From positions 1 to 64,000 of IMG/VR virus record IMGVR_UViG_3300042507_006854: a stretch of 64,000 nt of DNA. The stretch is one strand, 5' to 3'. The notes under the pieces were generated by a model that was not told where the DNA came from, did no database searches, and worked only from the letters and a program-made list of their open reading frames with translations. The DNA is from a virus. Each line of letters opens with the position of its first letter. Within the stretch, counting starts at the first letter, position 1. Below, piece after piece: positions 1-10,265 of the stretch. The position numbers and the translations under genes are program-made.

Positions 1-2
1 GT

Positions 3-179
3 GAATTTATTGCTCATAACATGAGAAAATTATTACGTCAATATGATAATTTACAATTTGTTTTTTGTGATGGGCGCGAAGAAGCGAGAAATAAAACACT
101 TCATATTTTAGGTATGAATGAAGAGGCATGTAAAATAGATTTACAATATTACTTTGATACAAAATGGCACTCATCGTAG
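3..179 (+). CDS. 3' end of a gene truncated by the window edge; possibly an ERCC4-like nuclease
   Basis: Manual translation of frame 3 gives EFIAHNMRKLLRQYDNLQFVFCDGREEA...WHSS, stop TAG at 177-179, overlapping the terminase start. The 'LQFVFCDGREEA' ending resembles the C-terminus of ERCC4-type domains (recalled resemblance only). Confidence 0.4.
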   Translation, partial: EFIAHNMRKLLRQYDNLQFVFCDGREEARNKTLHILGMNEEACKIDLQYYFDTKWHSS

Positions 180-2068
180 GAAATCAAAAAAAATCTAAAC
201 CACTAGCTAACGTTAATAAAGAGTTACTTAATTTAAAGGGCGATTTAACTGACGAAGAAGCACGGGTTAGCCTTGCTAAATTTCTAAGATATAATCTTGG
301 TTTTACTACGGAATTATCAATGGGTTTGACATTAGAAGCCTATCAAGAATTAACTCTTAATTCTTTTTTTAATAGAAATTATTGCATGTTAGTTTGGGGG
401 CGTGGTGGCGCTAAAAGTTTTTGCGCTGCGATCTATTGTATTCTTAAATGTATGTTAGAGCCTGGAACTAAAATACTTATTGCATCTATTAACTTTCGTA
501 CTAGTCGCCGTGTTTTTAATGAAATTGAAAAATTTTTAATGTCTCCAGGCGCGGCCTTAGCCAGACAATGTTTTGGTTTAAAAAGTAAGCGGAATGACCA
601 ATACGAATGGCAAATTAATGGTGGCAGCATCACAGCTATTCCACTAACTGGAGAAAAAATTCGTGGTATCCGCGCTAACGTACTTATTTTGGATGAGTTT
701 TTACTTTTACCTCCGGATATTATTGACAATGTTCTTATTCCATTCTTGAGTTCTCCAAGAGATGTAGGCGAACGTATTCGTATTAGAAAATTAGAAGAAG
801 AATTAATAAAAAAGGGCTTGCTACATCCAGATAATAGGCATATCTTTGAGAATACATCTCAAATGTTATGTTTAAGTTCTGCAAGTTATACCTTTGAACA
901 TTTATTTCGCGTCTATCAACAATGGTCACATTTGGTAGAACATCCAGACGAACAAGAGTCTAAAGAGGGTGAGCTTCCTGGAACATATTTTATTTCCCAA
1001 TTAAGTTATGAAGCCTTGCCTCAACACATGGTAGATCAAGGCGCGATTCAAGTTGCTAAAAGTGGTGGAAGTTCACACCATTCCTTCTTACGTGAATATT
1101 GTGCCCGTTTTATTGATGGTGGAGATAGTTATTTTTCACCTAAAAAAATGCATGAGTGTACGATTTCAGATGGGGAATATCCAACTACTAAGGTAATTGG
1201 CGATAGTGATAAAAAATATATTCTGTCAATTGACCCGAACTTTTCGTCTTCTAAAGTTGCCGACTATTTTGCCATGAGTGTGATTGAGCTAGATGAAGAA
1301 AAAAAACAAGGCGTATTAGTTCATGGATACCAAGCCGCAGGGTCATCGTTGCAAGATCATATAAAATATTTTTATTATTTATATAAAAACTTTAATATTG
1401 CCTTGATTATTATTGACCATGCGGGTGCAGATACTTTTATAGATGCGGTAAATAACTCTCAGTTTTTCAAAGACATGAATCGTAAAGTTGGTTTTGTAGA
1501 TTTTGATTCTGACAAAGAAAACGAAGATTATACTAAAATGTTAAAAGATTGCGCGCGTCAATACAATAAAGATTTTGGCAATATATGTATTAAACAATAT
1601 TTTACAAGCTTCTTTTTGGGTCGCGCGAACTCTTATTTACAAACCTGCATTGATCATAAAAAAATATGGTTTGCCTCGCGCGCGAGCAACCATCCTGATA
1701 TTTTAGAAAACATTTTTACAATGAATCTTCCGATGGAATATATATATCCTAGGGGTATTGGAGAAAAAGCGGATAATGAATATGAAACAAAGAAATTAAC
1801 CGTCCGTGAATTTATAGAAGAGCAGGATTTTATTGTTCAAGATACTAAAGATCAGTGCGCTAACGTTGAAGTAACCACAACATCTAGGGGTACCCAAAGT
1901 TTTGATTTACCATCTCATTTAAGAAAATCTACAAGCATAAATAGAGCTAGAAAAGATAATTATACAACTCTCATGCTTGGAAACTGGGGCGTTAAAGCTT
2001 ATTTTGATATAATGGCTCCAGAAAATTTTGCAAAGAAGAACACCGAATTTGTTGCAGAATTAATCTAA
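164..2068 (+). CDS. terL: Terminase large subunit
   Basis: Walker A-like WGRGGAKS, motif IRGIRA, Walker B VLILDEF, coupling motif LSSA, C-terminal RNase H-like nuclease (LSIDPN...DYFA...KDNYT). Lies directly upstream of the portal. Confidence 0.93.
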   Translation: MALIVGNQKKSKPLANVNKELLNLKGDLTDEEARVSLAKFLRYNLGFTTELSMGLTLEAYQELTLNSFFNRNYCMLVWGRGGAKSFCAAIYCILKCMLEPGTKILIASINFRTSRRVFNEIEKFLMSPGAALARQCFGLKSKRNDQYEWQINGGSITAIPLTGEKIRGIRANVLILDEFLLLPPDIIDNVLIPFLSSPRDVGERIRIRKLEEELIKKGLLHPDNRHIFENTSQMLCLSSASYTFEHLFRVYQQWSHLVEHPDEQESKEGELPGTYFISQLSYEALPQHMVDQGAIQVAKSGGSSHHSFLREYCARFIDGGDSYFSPKKMHECTISDGEYPTTKVIGDSDKKYILSIDPNFSSSKVADYFAMSVIELDEEKKQGVLVHGYQAAGSSLQDHIKYFYYLYKNFNIALIIIDHAGADTFIDAVNNSQFFKDMNRKVGFVDFDSDKENEDYTKMLKDCARQYNKDFGNICIKQYFTSFFLGRANSYLQTCIDHKKIWFASRASNHPDILENIFTMNLPMEYIYPRGIGEKADNEYETKKLTVREFIEEQDFIVQDTKDQCANVEVTTTSRGTQSFDLPSHLRKSTSINRARKDNYTTLMLGNWGVKAYFDIMAPENFAKKNTEFVAELI

Positions 2069-2085
2069 TAAAATATCAGATTTCG

Positions 2086-2091
2086 GTGTAA
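2086..2091 (+). promoter_or_regulatory. GTGTAA putative late promoter element (portal)
   Basis: Recurrent intergenic hexamer; here 25 nt before the ATG at 2111. Confidence 0.6.
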
Positions 2092-2110
2092 TAGACTGTT
2101 ATAATAAGTT

Positions 2111-4018
2111 ATGGCGCGTGATACTAATAAAAATATTAAGTTCCCAGAACCACAGGTAATTGAAGGATCTATAAAATCAAAAGACACTATAGAAGTCAAA
2201 GCTAGTCGTGGCGAAGTGAATACATCTGTAAGAAGAAATAGGTCTTCCACAATTTCAAGAACTGATAAGTATGCAAATATTGAAGGTGGGGTAATTCCTT
2301 TTATTTATGGCGGCGGCTATGGTAAATATACTTCAAATATAAGTATAAAAGACACTATTATTTTATGTCAAAAGGCTTATTATAATTTTTCTATTTTTAG
2401 AAATACTATTGACTTAATGACCGAGTTTAGTTGTTCGCCTATTTATTTTACTGGTGGCAATGAACAATCCCGTAAATTTTTCCAAGCATGGGGGGACCGT
2501 GTCAATTTATGGAAATTACAAGATATGTTTTTCCGCGAATTTTTCCGTAGTGGAAATGTATTTTTATATAAATTAAACGCACAATTTACCAAACAAGATA
2601 TGCGCGTTCTTACTGATTTAATTACTACAGAGGCGCGCACGGGAGAAATTCCGGTTAGATATATTATTTTAAATCCTGCTGATATTCAAGCTATTGGCTC
2701 AGCCTCATTTATTACTCCTCAATATATTAAAGTTTTAAATGATTTTGAAATGCAAGTTTTAACGAATCCAGATAATGAACAAGATAAAGAACTTGCTCAA
2801 AGAGTTAAAAATGTAAAAGATTTAAAAACTACTAGTAATATTACTCAATCAAATCAGTATATGGTATTTGAATTAGATCCTGAAAGATTTGTACCAATTT
2901 TTTATAAAAAACAAGATTATGAACCATTCAGCGTTCCGATGGGCTTCCCAGTTCTTGAAGATATTAACTGGAAGCAAGAACTTAAAAACATGGATATGGC
3001 AATCAGCCGTACAATACAGCAAGCAGTCTTATTGGTTACAATGGGAAATGATGAAGTCGGTATGCCGACCAAAGAACAAATTGGAACATTAAGAAAAATA
3101 TTTGAAAATGAAAGCGTGGGTCGTATTCTTGTTACGGATTATACAACAAATATTAAATTTATAATTCCGGAAATTAGCAATATTTTAGATCCTAAAAAAT
3201 ATGAAGTTGTTGATCGTGATATCCGTTATGGTCTGAATAACGTTCTTTTTGGAGAAGAAAAATATGCAAATACTAATACAAAAATAGAAGTATTTCTTTC
3301 CCGTTTAAAACACGCGCGCGAGACATTTATGAATGAATTTATGCTCCCCGAAATGAAAAAAATTGGTAAGAATCTTGGTTTTAAAAACTTACCCGTCGCA
3401 CGTTTTAAAGATGCTGATTTTAAAAATGATGCTAATTTAACACGAACTTATTCTAGATTAATTGAACTTGGTGTTCTAACTCCCGAAGAAGGTATTACAG
3501 CTATTGATACTGGACGCTTACCGCTTCCCGAAGAAAGCGTAAAATCTCAAGAAGAATTTAAAAAATTACAAGAAGATGGTCTTTACCAACCATTGCTTAA
3601 CAAAGGCAAAGAACAAGAAATGACCGGAAGGCCATCTGGTACTGGAACTCCGCAAACAACAAAAGCCCCAAGAAATACGCCAACAGTTCAAGCAGCTGAA
3701 GAAAAACCAAAAATTAATGCTGATCTTGTTGCAAAAAACTTGGTTAAATTTGACAATTTAGTTGAAGCCGTTGAAACGACTTTAAAAGAAAAATATGATC
3801 GTAAAAGATTGAGTAAAGAACAAAAAGAGATTATTAAAACTATTGCGGAAACAATCGCAACAAATGAGAATCCAAAAGACTGGTTAAATAAAATTAATGA
3901 TTATATTAATGAACCAGTGCAATTAAGTGTAAACATGAATGATATAAATAAAATTGCTGAAGATTATGGTTTAGATTATAAAACTGCAATTTTATTGTAT
4001 CATAGTAAATTAGAATAA
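2111..4018 (+). CDS. Portal protein
   Basis: Follows terL, 635 aa. Portal-type features: 'IFRNTIDLMTEF', 'FFREFFRSGNVFLY', 'LIELGVLTPEE', and a flexible Pro/Thr C-terminal tail. Confidence 0.85.
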   Translation: MARDTNKNIKFPEPQVIEGSIKSKDTIEVKASRGEVNTSVRRNRSSTISRTDKYANIEGGVIPFIYGGGYGKYTSNISIKDTIILCQKAYYNFSIFRNTIDLMTEFSCSPIYFTGGNEQSRKFFQAWGDRVNLWKLQDMFFREFFRSGNVFLYKLNAQFTKQDMRVLTDLITTEARTGEIPVRYIILNPADIQAIGSASFITPQYIKVLNDFEMQVLTNPDNEQDKELAQRVKNVKDLKTTSNITQSNQYMVFELDPERFVPIFYKKQDYEPFSVPMGFPVLEDINWKQELKNMDMAISRTIQQAVLLVTMGNDEVGMPTKEQIGTLRKIFENESVGRILVTDYTTNIKFIIPEISNILDPKKYEVVDRDIRYGLNNVLFGEEKYANTNTKIEVFLSRLKHARETFMNEFMLPEMKKIGKNLGFKNLPVARFKDADFKNDANLTRTYSRLIELGVLTPEEGITAIDTGRLPLPEESVKSQEEFKKLQEDGLYQPLLNKGKEQEMTGRPSGTGTPQTTKAPRNTPTVQAAEEKPKINADLVAKNLVKFDNLVEAVETTLKEKYDRKRLSKEQKEIIKTIAETIATNENPKDWLNKINDYINEPVQLSVNMNDINKIAEDYGLDYKTAILLYHSKLE

Positions 4019-4019
4019 T

Positions 4020-4994
4020 ATGGCTAAAAGTTTAATTAGAAAAAATCAACTACATCCTGATATTTTTGATCTTGTTAGCGGTTATGGTGATCAATTATTC
4101 ATTACAATTAATGAATTAAATCAAGCTATTTCTACAATTAGTGGTGTTGTTTATATTACTGGGAATCAAACAATTAGCGGTCAAAAATCTTTCAATACGA
4201 GGCCAACTTTTAATGGTTCTGGATTCGCAACTACTGGAGAATTAGGGGGTTCAACATCTTTTAATGGCAATAGACAAATTACCGCAAATGTTCAAGGTTT
4301 TCAAAATTTAATTCCTGGTGGTACAGATGTGGTTTCATTTTTAAATAATTTATTTTATCCATTTATAAATGGGTCAATTACTTTAAACGGTTTTGCAACT
4401 CAACAGCTTGGTACCACAACTACTTCTATTCCTTTTGTTGGAACTATAAATACAGGAAGTTTAAGTTTAACCGGATTCACAAATGTTGAGGGATATGTAA
4501 ATAATGTGGGTCGTCTGCCATTACTTATTCCAGTTGTTCAAAATTTTAATTTTTCTGTTGGGGTTAATTTAAATTCAACATCTAATAATGTTTATATTAA
4601 AGCAAGTGGTAGAGATCAAAATAATAACCCAATAGAAATTCAAAGCAATACGCAAAGTATTATATTTGAAGCTCCTTATTATTGGGGGTCTGGACAAGAT
4701 AATTTGACATCTGCTCAAATTACTGGCGCACCAAGAACTAAAGTTGTTTCAAGTCGTCCTAACCCTATTATATTAACATATAATACAATTAATAGTCGTT
4801 TTTGGTTGGCATATCCTTCTGGTTGGGGGGCTTTAACTTCTATAATAGATCCGAATAATTTTAACATAACATCAAGTTTCACTGGTTCGGGCATGTTGTT
4901 AAATTTGGTAAACGGGTCTACGCATCCATATTTAGTATATAAATCTTTAGTCAATTCAACAAATTCTAATTTTCAAATTAGATTTAATTTTTAA
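4020..4994 (+). CDS. Virion fibre/appendage protein
   Basis: Contains the TGNQTISGxKxF-RPTxNG fibre module. Beta-rich N/S/T/G composition with a C-terminal PYYWG...YPSGWG domain. Confidence 0.55.
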   Translation: MAKSLIRKNQLHPDIFDLVSGYGDQLFITINELNQAISTISGVVYITGNQTISGQKSFNTRPTFNGSGFATTGELGGSTSFNGNRQITANVQGFQNLIPGGTDVVSFLNNLFYPFINGSITLNGFATQQLGTTTTSIPFVGTINTGSLSLTGFTNVEGYVNNVGRLPLLIPVVQNFNFSVGVNLNSTSNNVYIKASGRDQNNNPIEIQSNTQSIIFEAPYYWGSGQDNLTSAQITGAPRTKVVSSRPNPIILTYNTINSRFWLAYPSGWGALTSIIDPNNFNITSSFTGSGMLLNLVNGSTHPYLVYKSLVNSTNSNFQIRFNF

Positions 4995-4997
4995 TTT

Positions 4998-6899
4998 ATG
5001 GGAATACAAGTATCTACAAATTTTGATTTAGCATCGCAGGTTCCGTTAGATTCTAGAATTACCGTTTCGAATCAAACAGAAAGAAATGCATTGGCGACAA
5101 ATAACCAAGCTTATCCTGGAATTATTGTATACGTAACAGAAGAAAATAAATACTATTATTATAATAATAATAATCAATGGGCTGAGTTTAATTCTTCTAC
5201 CGTTAATAATATTGTATTTACTACCGGAAATCAAACAATCAGTGGGGTGAAACTTTTCAGTTCTGGGAATGGAGGATATTTAAAAGGTGATCTTATTTAT
5301 ACAAATAGCCCTGCTAATTTAAAACTTAGCGATGATCCAGGAAATATAACATCTTTGCCATTAAATATTTCATATCTTAATTCTACGTCTCCATTTGAAA
5401 CACTTAGCGCCAATGCTAACACAACTGGATATAGAATTTTTTGGAATTTTACAACTAATAACCAACAAGAATTAAGTAGACATATCCGTACTCAAATGGT
5501 TACTTTTCAAACAGGTTTCAGTCCAATTTTTGGACCATGGGTAACTGTAGCTCAAAATCTTCAAAATTCTACTGGTATTGTTATAACTGGATTTCCAAAT
5601 GTAAATGTATCTGCAAGAGGTATATTTTCTAATTACCCTCTTGAAGATAGGCTAGTGCATATCGAAAAAAATGGAGTTTTTTCGCTTTTATCTGGAGAAA
5701 GAATGGGGATTGGAATTCATAATCCTTCAGAAAAGTTGCACATTGTTGGGAATTTAAGATTAGATGGTAGATTACAATCTACAGAACGACCAACTGTAAA
5801 TGGAACTGGCGTTCTTTTAAGCGGCGAAGCAGCACAACTTCCGAGTACAATTATTTATACAATTGGTAATTCATATATAATAGCTAGGCCTGAAGATGAT
5901 ATATTTACTAAATATCAAGAAGCAAAAGCCTTAAATCCGAATGGTAATCCTAAAAGTACTATCAATAGAAGTTCACTTATAATATTTCCAGGAATATATA
6001 ACTTAACTGGACATTTAGATATTAATGAAGAATTTACGGATATAATTGGATTAGGAGCTATAAAAAAAGATGTAGGATGTATCCCATCTGTTATTATAAC
6101 TGGTTCTGGTACTAGCCCCAGTTCTAGCGGTTTTATTCATGTATCTGCAAATGATGTAAGAATTCAAGGAATATATTTTAGTGGAGATTTTAATAATTTT
6201 TTTCTTTTAGGGAACGCTTTACCAAAACAAGTATTTGAAGATTGCAAAGGTAACAATAGGAGTTTCAGTTTTGTGCGCCCATTTCAATTTCCAGATCCAA
6301 TTTCTATAGATGGAACTTTTATTAATTGCGAAGGATTAGAGGATTCTTTTACAGTTCCAGGGGTTACACATACATTTAATGGAGCTTATATAAATTGTAA
6401 AGCTGGTGATAATAGTTTTAGTAATTCCTCGAATACACAACTTAATGGATTATATAGAAATTGTCATGCTGGTGCACGCTCTTTTGGGGCTGGTGGAATC
6501 GGTGGAAATTTATTGGGGACATTTGAAAATTGTCAAGCTCCAGGTTCTGGTTTTGGTTTTGGCGGGTTTCCAGATCTTCACGGAAGATTTACAAATTGTA
6601 AGGCTGGCGATCAAAGTTTTGGTTTTGGCGGCGGTGGATCTTTTACTGGATCTTTTTTTGAAAACTGTAAGGCCGGAGAGGCGAGTTTTGGCTATTCTAC
6701 TTTTTCACTTTCTGGGGCTACATTCGTAAATTGTACAGCTGGTCCAGCAAGTTGGGGAGGTATTGGCGTTGGCGATAATAATCGAATGTTAGGAAAATTA
6801 TATAACTGCAGATTAACAAGCGGAACTTTCGGAATACTTAGTGGTGAAGGTTTACTCAGAAACTGTATTGACGGAGATAATAATATTATAGATGGATAA
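4998..6899 (+). CDS. Fibre/spike protein with C-terminal beta-helix-like repeats
   Basis: N-terminal PLDSR domain, TGNQTISG module, GIGIHNPSEKLHIVG fibre motif, then about 8 repeats of ~22 aa (GxFxNCxAGxxSFG). Confidence 0.65.
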   Translation: MGIQVSTNFDLASQVPLDSRITVSNQTERNALATNNQAYPGIIVYVTEENKYYYYNNNNQWAEFNSSTVNNIVFTTGNQTISGVKLFSSGNGGYLKGDLIYTNSPANLKLSDDPGNITSLPLNISYLNSTSPFETLSANANTTGYRIFWNFTTNNQQELSRHIRTQMVTFQTGFSPIFGPWVTVAQNLQNSTGIVITGFPNVNVSARGIFSNYPLEDRLVHIEKNGVFSLLSGERMGIGIHNPSEKLHIVGNLRLDGRLQSTERPTVNGTGVLLSGEAAQLPSTIIYTIGNSYIIARPEDDIFTKYQEAKALNPNGNPKSTINRSSLIIFPGIYNLTGHLDINEEFTDIIGLGAIKKDVGCIPSVIITGSGTSPSSSGFIHVSANDVRIQGIYFSGDFNNFFLLGNALPKQVFEDCKGNNRSFSFVRPFQFPDPISIDGTFINCEGLEDSFTVPGVTHTFNGAYINCKAGDNSFSNSSNTQLNGLYRNCHAGARSFGAGGIGGNLLGTFENCQAPGSGFGFGGFPDLHGRFTNCKAGDQSFGFGGGGSFTGSFFENCKAGEASFGYSTFSLSGATFVNCTAGPASWGGIGVGDNNRMLGKLYNCRLTSGTFGILSGEGLLRNCIDGDNNIIDG

Positions 6900-7209
6900 A
6901 AATATGAAAGTCGTTACTTTAATAAATAATGAGTGGAAAGAGTTAGTTAATTCAAATATGACTAACCAAGAAGAGAGTTTTATTTTAAATGAAAATAACC
7001 CATTAGAAGAAAGAATGGAGTTATTAAATAATATAAAACAAAGACAGTACCAATCGATATCAACTGAAGAACAACTGGTAGCGCAAAATTTATATGATCA
7101 ATATCGTATCCCAAATTCCGAATTAATAAATGTTAATATTTATTTACCCGAGCAACGTGGAATTATTAATTGCCGTGTAAATAACGAACATCAACAAATT
7201 AGATTTTAA
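6892..7209 (+). CDS. Hypothetical protein, possible fibre assembly partner
   Basis: ORF overlapping both neighbouring fibre genes; no recognised motif. Confidence 0.45.
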   Translation: MDKNMKVVTLINNEWKELVNSNMTNQEESFILNENNPLEERMELLNNIKQRQYQSISTEEQLVAQNLYDQYRIPNSELINVNIYLPEQRGIINCRVNNEHQQIRF

Positions 7210-8201
7210 TGAACAGATATTTTAGAAACAATTTAGTAGAAATTAGTGGCGTTCGTACAATTGAAGGCGGTGGAACCAATGCGTCTAATGCTGGACAAGC
7301 GCTTTTGAATCTTTCTGGTGTTTCAATAACTGGTAATCAAACTATTAGTGGGGTAAAAACTTTCATTAATACCGCTCGTGTTGATAGTGTTAATTTTACA
7401 AGGAATTTTATAACAACAGGAACGCCTTATAATTTTTCAACAAGTGGCGTCGTTATAAACGATGGTCCATATGAATTTGTTACACATATATATACAGGAT
7501 GGAACAATGCCATTATAAATCCATCTGATGATAATCGATCTATAAAATTAAGTAGCGGAAGTTATATTAACATTACGGTAAGTGGCAGAAACAATCCAGA
7601 TGTTCAGGTTGCATGGTTTGCAATTAAAAATACTGGAGATAGTAACCCTATACAGTTTAATTTATTAAATAGTGGCGTTCCTGTTAATTTTATTCGATTC
7701 GGGGGTTTTTCAGTATTTAATTTTTCAGGATTTTTACCAAGAGAATATGATAGAATTGCAATTGGAGTTTTGGGTTCAAATCTTTTTCCTTTAATTACTG
7801 TATCTGGTGATTTTGGAATACAAAATGAAATAATATTAGAATCTCGTAATAATAGATTGTTTTTAGGAAATTCTGGAGTGCTTTTCGGTGGCGAAGCGGT
7901 TGCGCCTTTAGTTGATATTAATAATATTATTACTAACTTTAATTTTAGCGGCCCATATAATTCAAAATTATTAACTATAAATGCATCTCAAAATATAACT
8001 GGAACGGTACCAACAGGATTATCAACGGGTTATAATGTTGCTTTTGTTCAAATGGGTGCTGGGCAATTACGTATTACTGGCCAAAATGGAGTTACAATCC
8101 GACAAAGATTAAATTTATATAATACGGCTGGACAATATGCAATAGCTTCTTTGGTGCACCGTGGAAATAATGAATATATATTATATGGAGATCTTGCGTA
8201 A
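7209..8201 (+). CDS. Tail/head fibre protein
   Basis: GGGTNASNA and TGNQTISGVKTF motifs. The C-terminal 'VQMGAGQLRIT...GQYAIASL...YILYGDLA' domain is typical of phage fibre tips. Confidence 0.65.
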   Translation: MNRYFRNNLVEISGVRTIEGGGTNASNAGQALLNLSGVSITGNQTISGVKTFINTARVDSVNFTRNFITTGTPYNFSTSGVVINDGPYEFVTHIYTGWNNAIINPSDDNRSIKLSSGSYINITVSGRNNPDVQVAWFAIKNTGDSNPIQFNLLNSGVPVNFIRFGGFSVFNFSGFLPREYDRIAIGVLGSNLFPLITVSGDFGIQNEIILESRNNRLFLGNSGVLFGGEAVAPLVDINNIITNFNFSGPYNSKLLTINASQNITGTVPTGLSTGYNVAFVQMGAGQLRITGQNGVTIRQRLNLYNTAGQYAIASLVHRGNNEYILYGDLA

Positions 8202-8839
8202 TGTTTGGAAATTATGCAGCACATGCTGGCGTCGTTGCTGGTAAAAATTTTGCATCTGTAAATATTGAATGGGATTTTGGAAATATTTTAGTTTTAGGAT
8301 TTGAGCCTTTTCCTTCAAATACGAATGATCGGCCGAGAATCAATACTTTTAGATCTGATTCAACAAATTTAAATTATATGTCTGGTGGACATTATGTATT
8401 TTATCCGCCATTTTCTCCTACAGGGGAAATTTTCGAACCATGGGGGGATAGAAATACTGGTAATCAAAATATTAATATCCCATTAGTTAGTAATACATTT
8501 GCTGGTGTAGATGCTTTTATTCCTAGCGGTATAAGTGTTACTTTCAATCCTCCAATAGGGCCAAATAGTTGGCAAAAAGTTGCTACAATTCCTAATGAAG
8601 ACCAATATCAATATATTTTAAAAAATGGTATAAATCCAACATTACGAATATTATTAAATTATACTGGTTTAACGAGTTTCTGGAATTTTACATCTAATCC
8701 TGTGGGCACACAATTGAGCAATTTTTCAATTTCTTTTTCAAGTCCTGCCAATAGCGGTGTTGTAATTGCTTATTGGAATGATGGAACTGCCCCGACCAAG
8801 ATTATAAGTGGAGCTAATGTTTCGCATACTTTTGAATAA
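8201..8839 (+). CDS. Putative fibre-tip adhesin
   Basis: TAATG-coupled to the fibre gene. Short Gly/Ala N-terminal anchor, beta-rich body and a PKD-like WNDGT...SHTF end. Confidence 0.4.
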   Translation: MFGNYAAHAGVVAGKNFASVNIEWDFGNILVLGFEPFPSNTNDRPRINTFRSDSTNLNYMSGGHYVFYPPFSPTGEIFEPWGDRNTGNQNINIPLVSNTFAGVDAFIPSGISVTFNPPIGPNSWQKVATIPNEDQYQYILKNGINPTLRILLNYTGLTSFWNFTSNPVGTQLSNFSISFSSPANSGVVIAYWNDGTAPTKIISGANVSHTFE

Positions 8840-8864
8840 TCAAGATTATAATAATTTATTTTAA

Positions 8865-8870
8865 GTGTAC
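8865..8870 (+). promoter_or_regulatory. GTGTAC variant late promoter element (lysis cassette)
   Basis: 15 nt before the ATG at 8880. Confidence 0.5.
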
Positions 8871-8879
8871 ATATATAAT

Positions 8880-9146
8880 ATGAGATATTTGTTACTAATT
8901 GTTTTAATATTTGGAACTGGATGCGCGAATCTTAAAAAGAAAGATTCTTTGCCACCTTCTGTTTCTACTGCAAAAGTTGTTGAATCTTTAGAAGAAACAA
9001 AATCTGAATTAGCAAAAGCTGGTGAGAGTAATACAAAAGTTGCTGTTAATATTGATAAAGCTTTATCTTTAGCCGAAAGACTCGAAAAACTCTTAGAAGA
9101 AATTGAGAAAGAATCAAATAAAAATATCGTAAAGGAACAAAAATGA
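8880..9146 (+). CDS. Lipoprotein, o-spanin-like
   Basis: MRYLLLIVLIFGTGC signal peptide with lipobox Cys, then a coiled coil; sits in the lysis cassette. ATG 8880 preferred over GTG 8865. Confidence 0.55.
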   Translation: MRYLLLIVLIFGTGCANLKKKDSLPPSVSTAKVVESLEETKSELAKAGESNTKVAVNIDKALSLAERLEKLLEEIEKESNKNIVKEQK

Positions 9147-9664
9147 AAAAATTATTATTAATATTATGCTTGTTTAGTTTTGCCACGACAGGGTTTGGAC
9201 AATTTTGGAAACCGAAACCAAAACCCACGCCAGTCCCAGTTCGTGTAGCAGAACCAGTTCAATCTCCAATGAATAATTTACAAGAAGCTCGTAAAATTAT
9301 CAAAGAATTAAATTCAGAATTAGTTTCAGCAAAATCAGAAAACGCCAAATTAAAAACAAATTTAGCCAATGCAAATAGAACTGTTTCCGAAGCCGAAAAA
9401 AATATTGACACTGTTCAAAAACAAGCTGACATGCTTAAAGAATGGGGAATTCAAAAACAAAAAGAAGCTTTTGAATGGTTAGAAAAATATAATAATGCGG
9501 TTAAACGTTATCATCGTTTAAAATGGATTGCTGCAATTATTGCGGCTGCTGGTGGAGTTTTATTAGGTCTACAATTCATGGCGTTTGCGCCACCACCTTA
9601 TAATTTATTTATACCAATTGGTGGTGCTGGATTATTTGGCGCACTAGTTTGGTTCTTTTTATAA
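9143..9664 (+). CDS. Membrane-anchored coiled-coil protein, i-spanin-like
   Basis: N-terminal hydrophobic/signal segment, Pro-rich linker, long coiled coil and two C-terminal TM helices. Overlaps the lipoprotein gene. Confidence 0.5.
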   Translation: MKKLLLILCLFSFATTGFGQFWKPKPKPTPVPVRVAEPVQSPMNNLQEARKIIKELNSELVSAKSENAKLKTNLANANRTVSEAEKNIDTVQKQADMLKEWGIQKQKEAFEWLEKYNNAVKRYHRLKWIAAIIAAAGGVLLGLQFMAFAPPPYNLFIPIGGAGLFGALVWFFL

Positions 9665-9668
9665 AATT

Positions 9669-9788
9669 ATGAATAAGATAACAGAATACTATGAAAAAAC
9701 AGTCGCTTGGGTTCAAGCTAACCCTGGTAAGGCTACATTAATTGGAATATTTGCCGCTGGATTATTATTTGGCGCAATATTATTTTAA
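9669..9788 (+). CDS. 39-aa tail-anchored membrane peptide (not in ORF track)
   Basis: Manual translation MNKITEYYEKTVAWVQANPGKATLIGIFAAGLLFGAILF. Fills the gap exactly and its stop abuts the next ATG. Confidence 0.65.
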   Translation: MNKITEYYEKTVAWVQANPGKATLIGIFAAGLLFGAILF

Positions 9789-10265
9789 ATGTGGGAGAAT
9801 GTAAAAAATATTGCTAGCAATGCAGCGGCTTTTTTAAGCTCGAATAAGGTTCCGCCAAATACGCCAATCGAATTACAAAATTCGATGAGGAATGAAAACC
9901 ATTTTAAATCTAAAAAATTTTTCTTAGCATTTTCTTCCTTTATTGGTCTATTGGGCTTTTATTTATTATCTGTTGCAATTCTTTTTTTATTACCAAGCAA
10001 GAATGAATTAATTGCAGGCTACGTAACTATTTTTACAAAAACAGTCGAGATTGTCGCCATAATTGTCGCGTCTTATATTGGTGTCCAAGCGGCTATTGAT
10101 TTTAAATACGGTAGTACTTCTAATACAAACTTGGACTCTGTATTAACATCGGAGCAACGCGAAGAAAAAATCATCGAAGAACAAACAGTTGTTTACGCAG
10201 AAAAATATAAAAATGATCCATCATACGCACCAATTGATTGGGTGTTTAATCAAGAACAGGAATAA
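9789..10265 (+). CDS. Holin-like membrane protein
   Basis: KSKKFF followed by two TM helices (...YIGVQAAIDF); directly upstream of the endolysin. Confidence 0.55.
   Translation: MWENVKNIASNAAAFLSSNKVPPNTPIELQNSMRNENHFKSKKFFLAFSSFIGLLGFYLLSVAILFLLPSKNELIAGYVTIFTKTVEIVAIIVASYIGVQAAIDFKYGSTSNTNLDSVLTSEQREEKIIEEQTVVYAEKYKNDPSYAPIDWVFNQEQE

Noticed and set aside
164-2068. Intein or intron in the terminase
   Set aside because: The ORF is continuous and of ordinary length, with no intein splice-junction or homing endonuclease motifs recognised.
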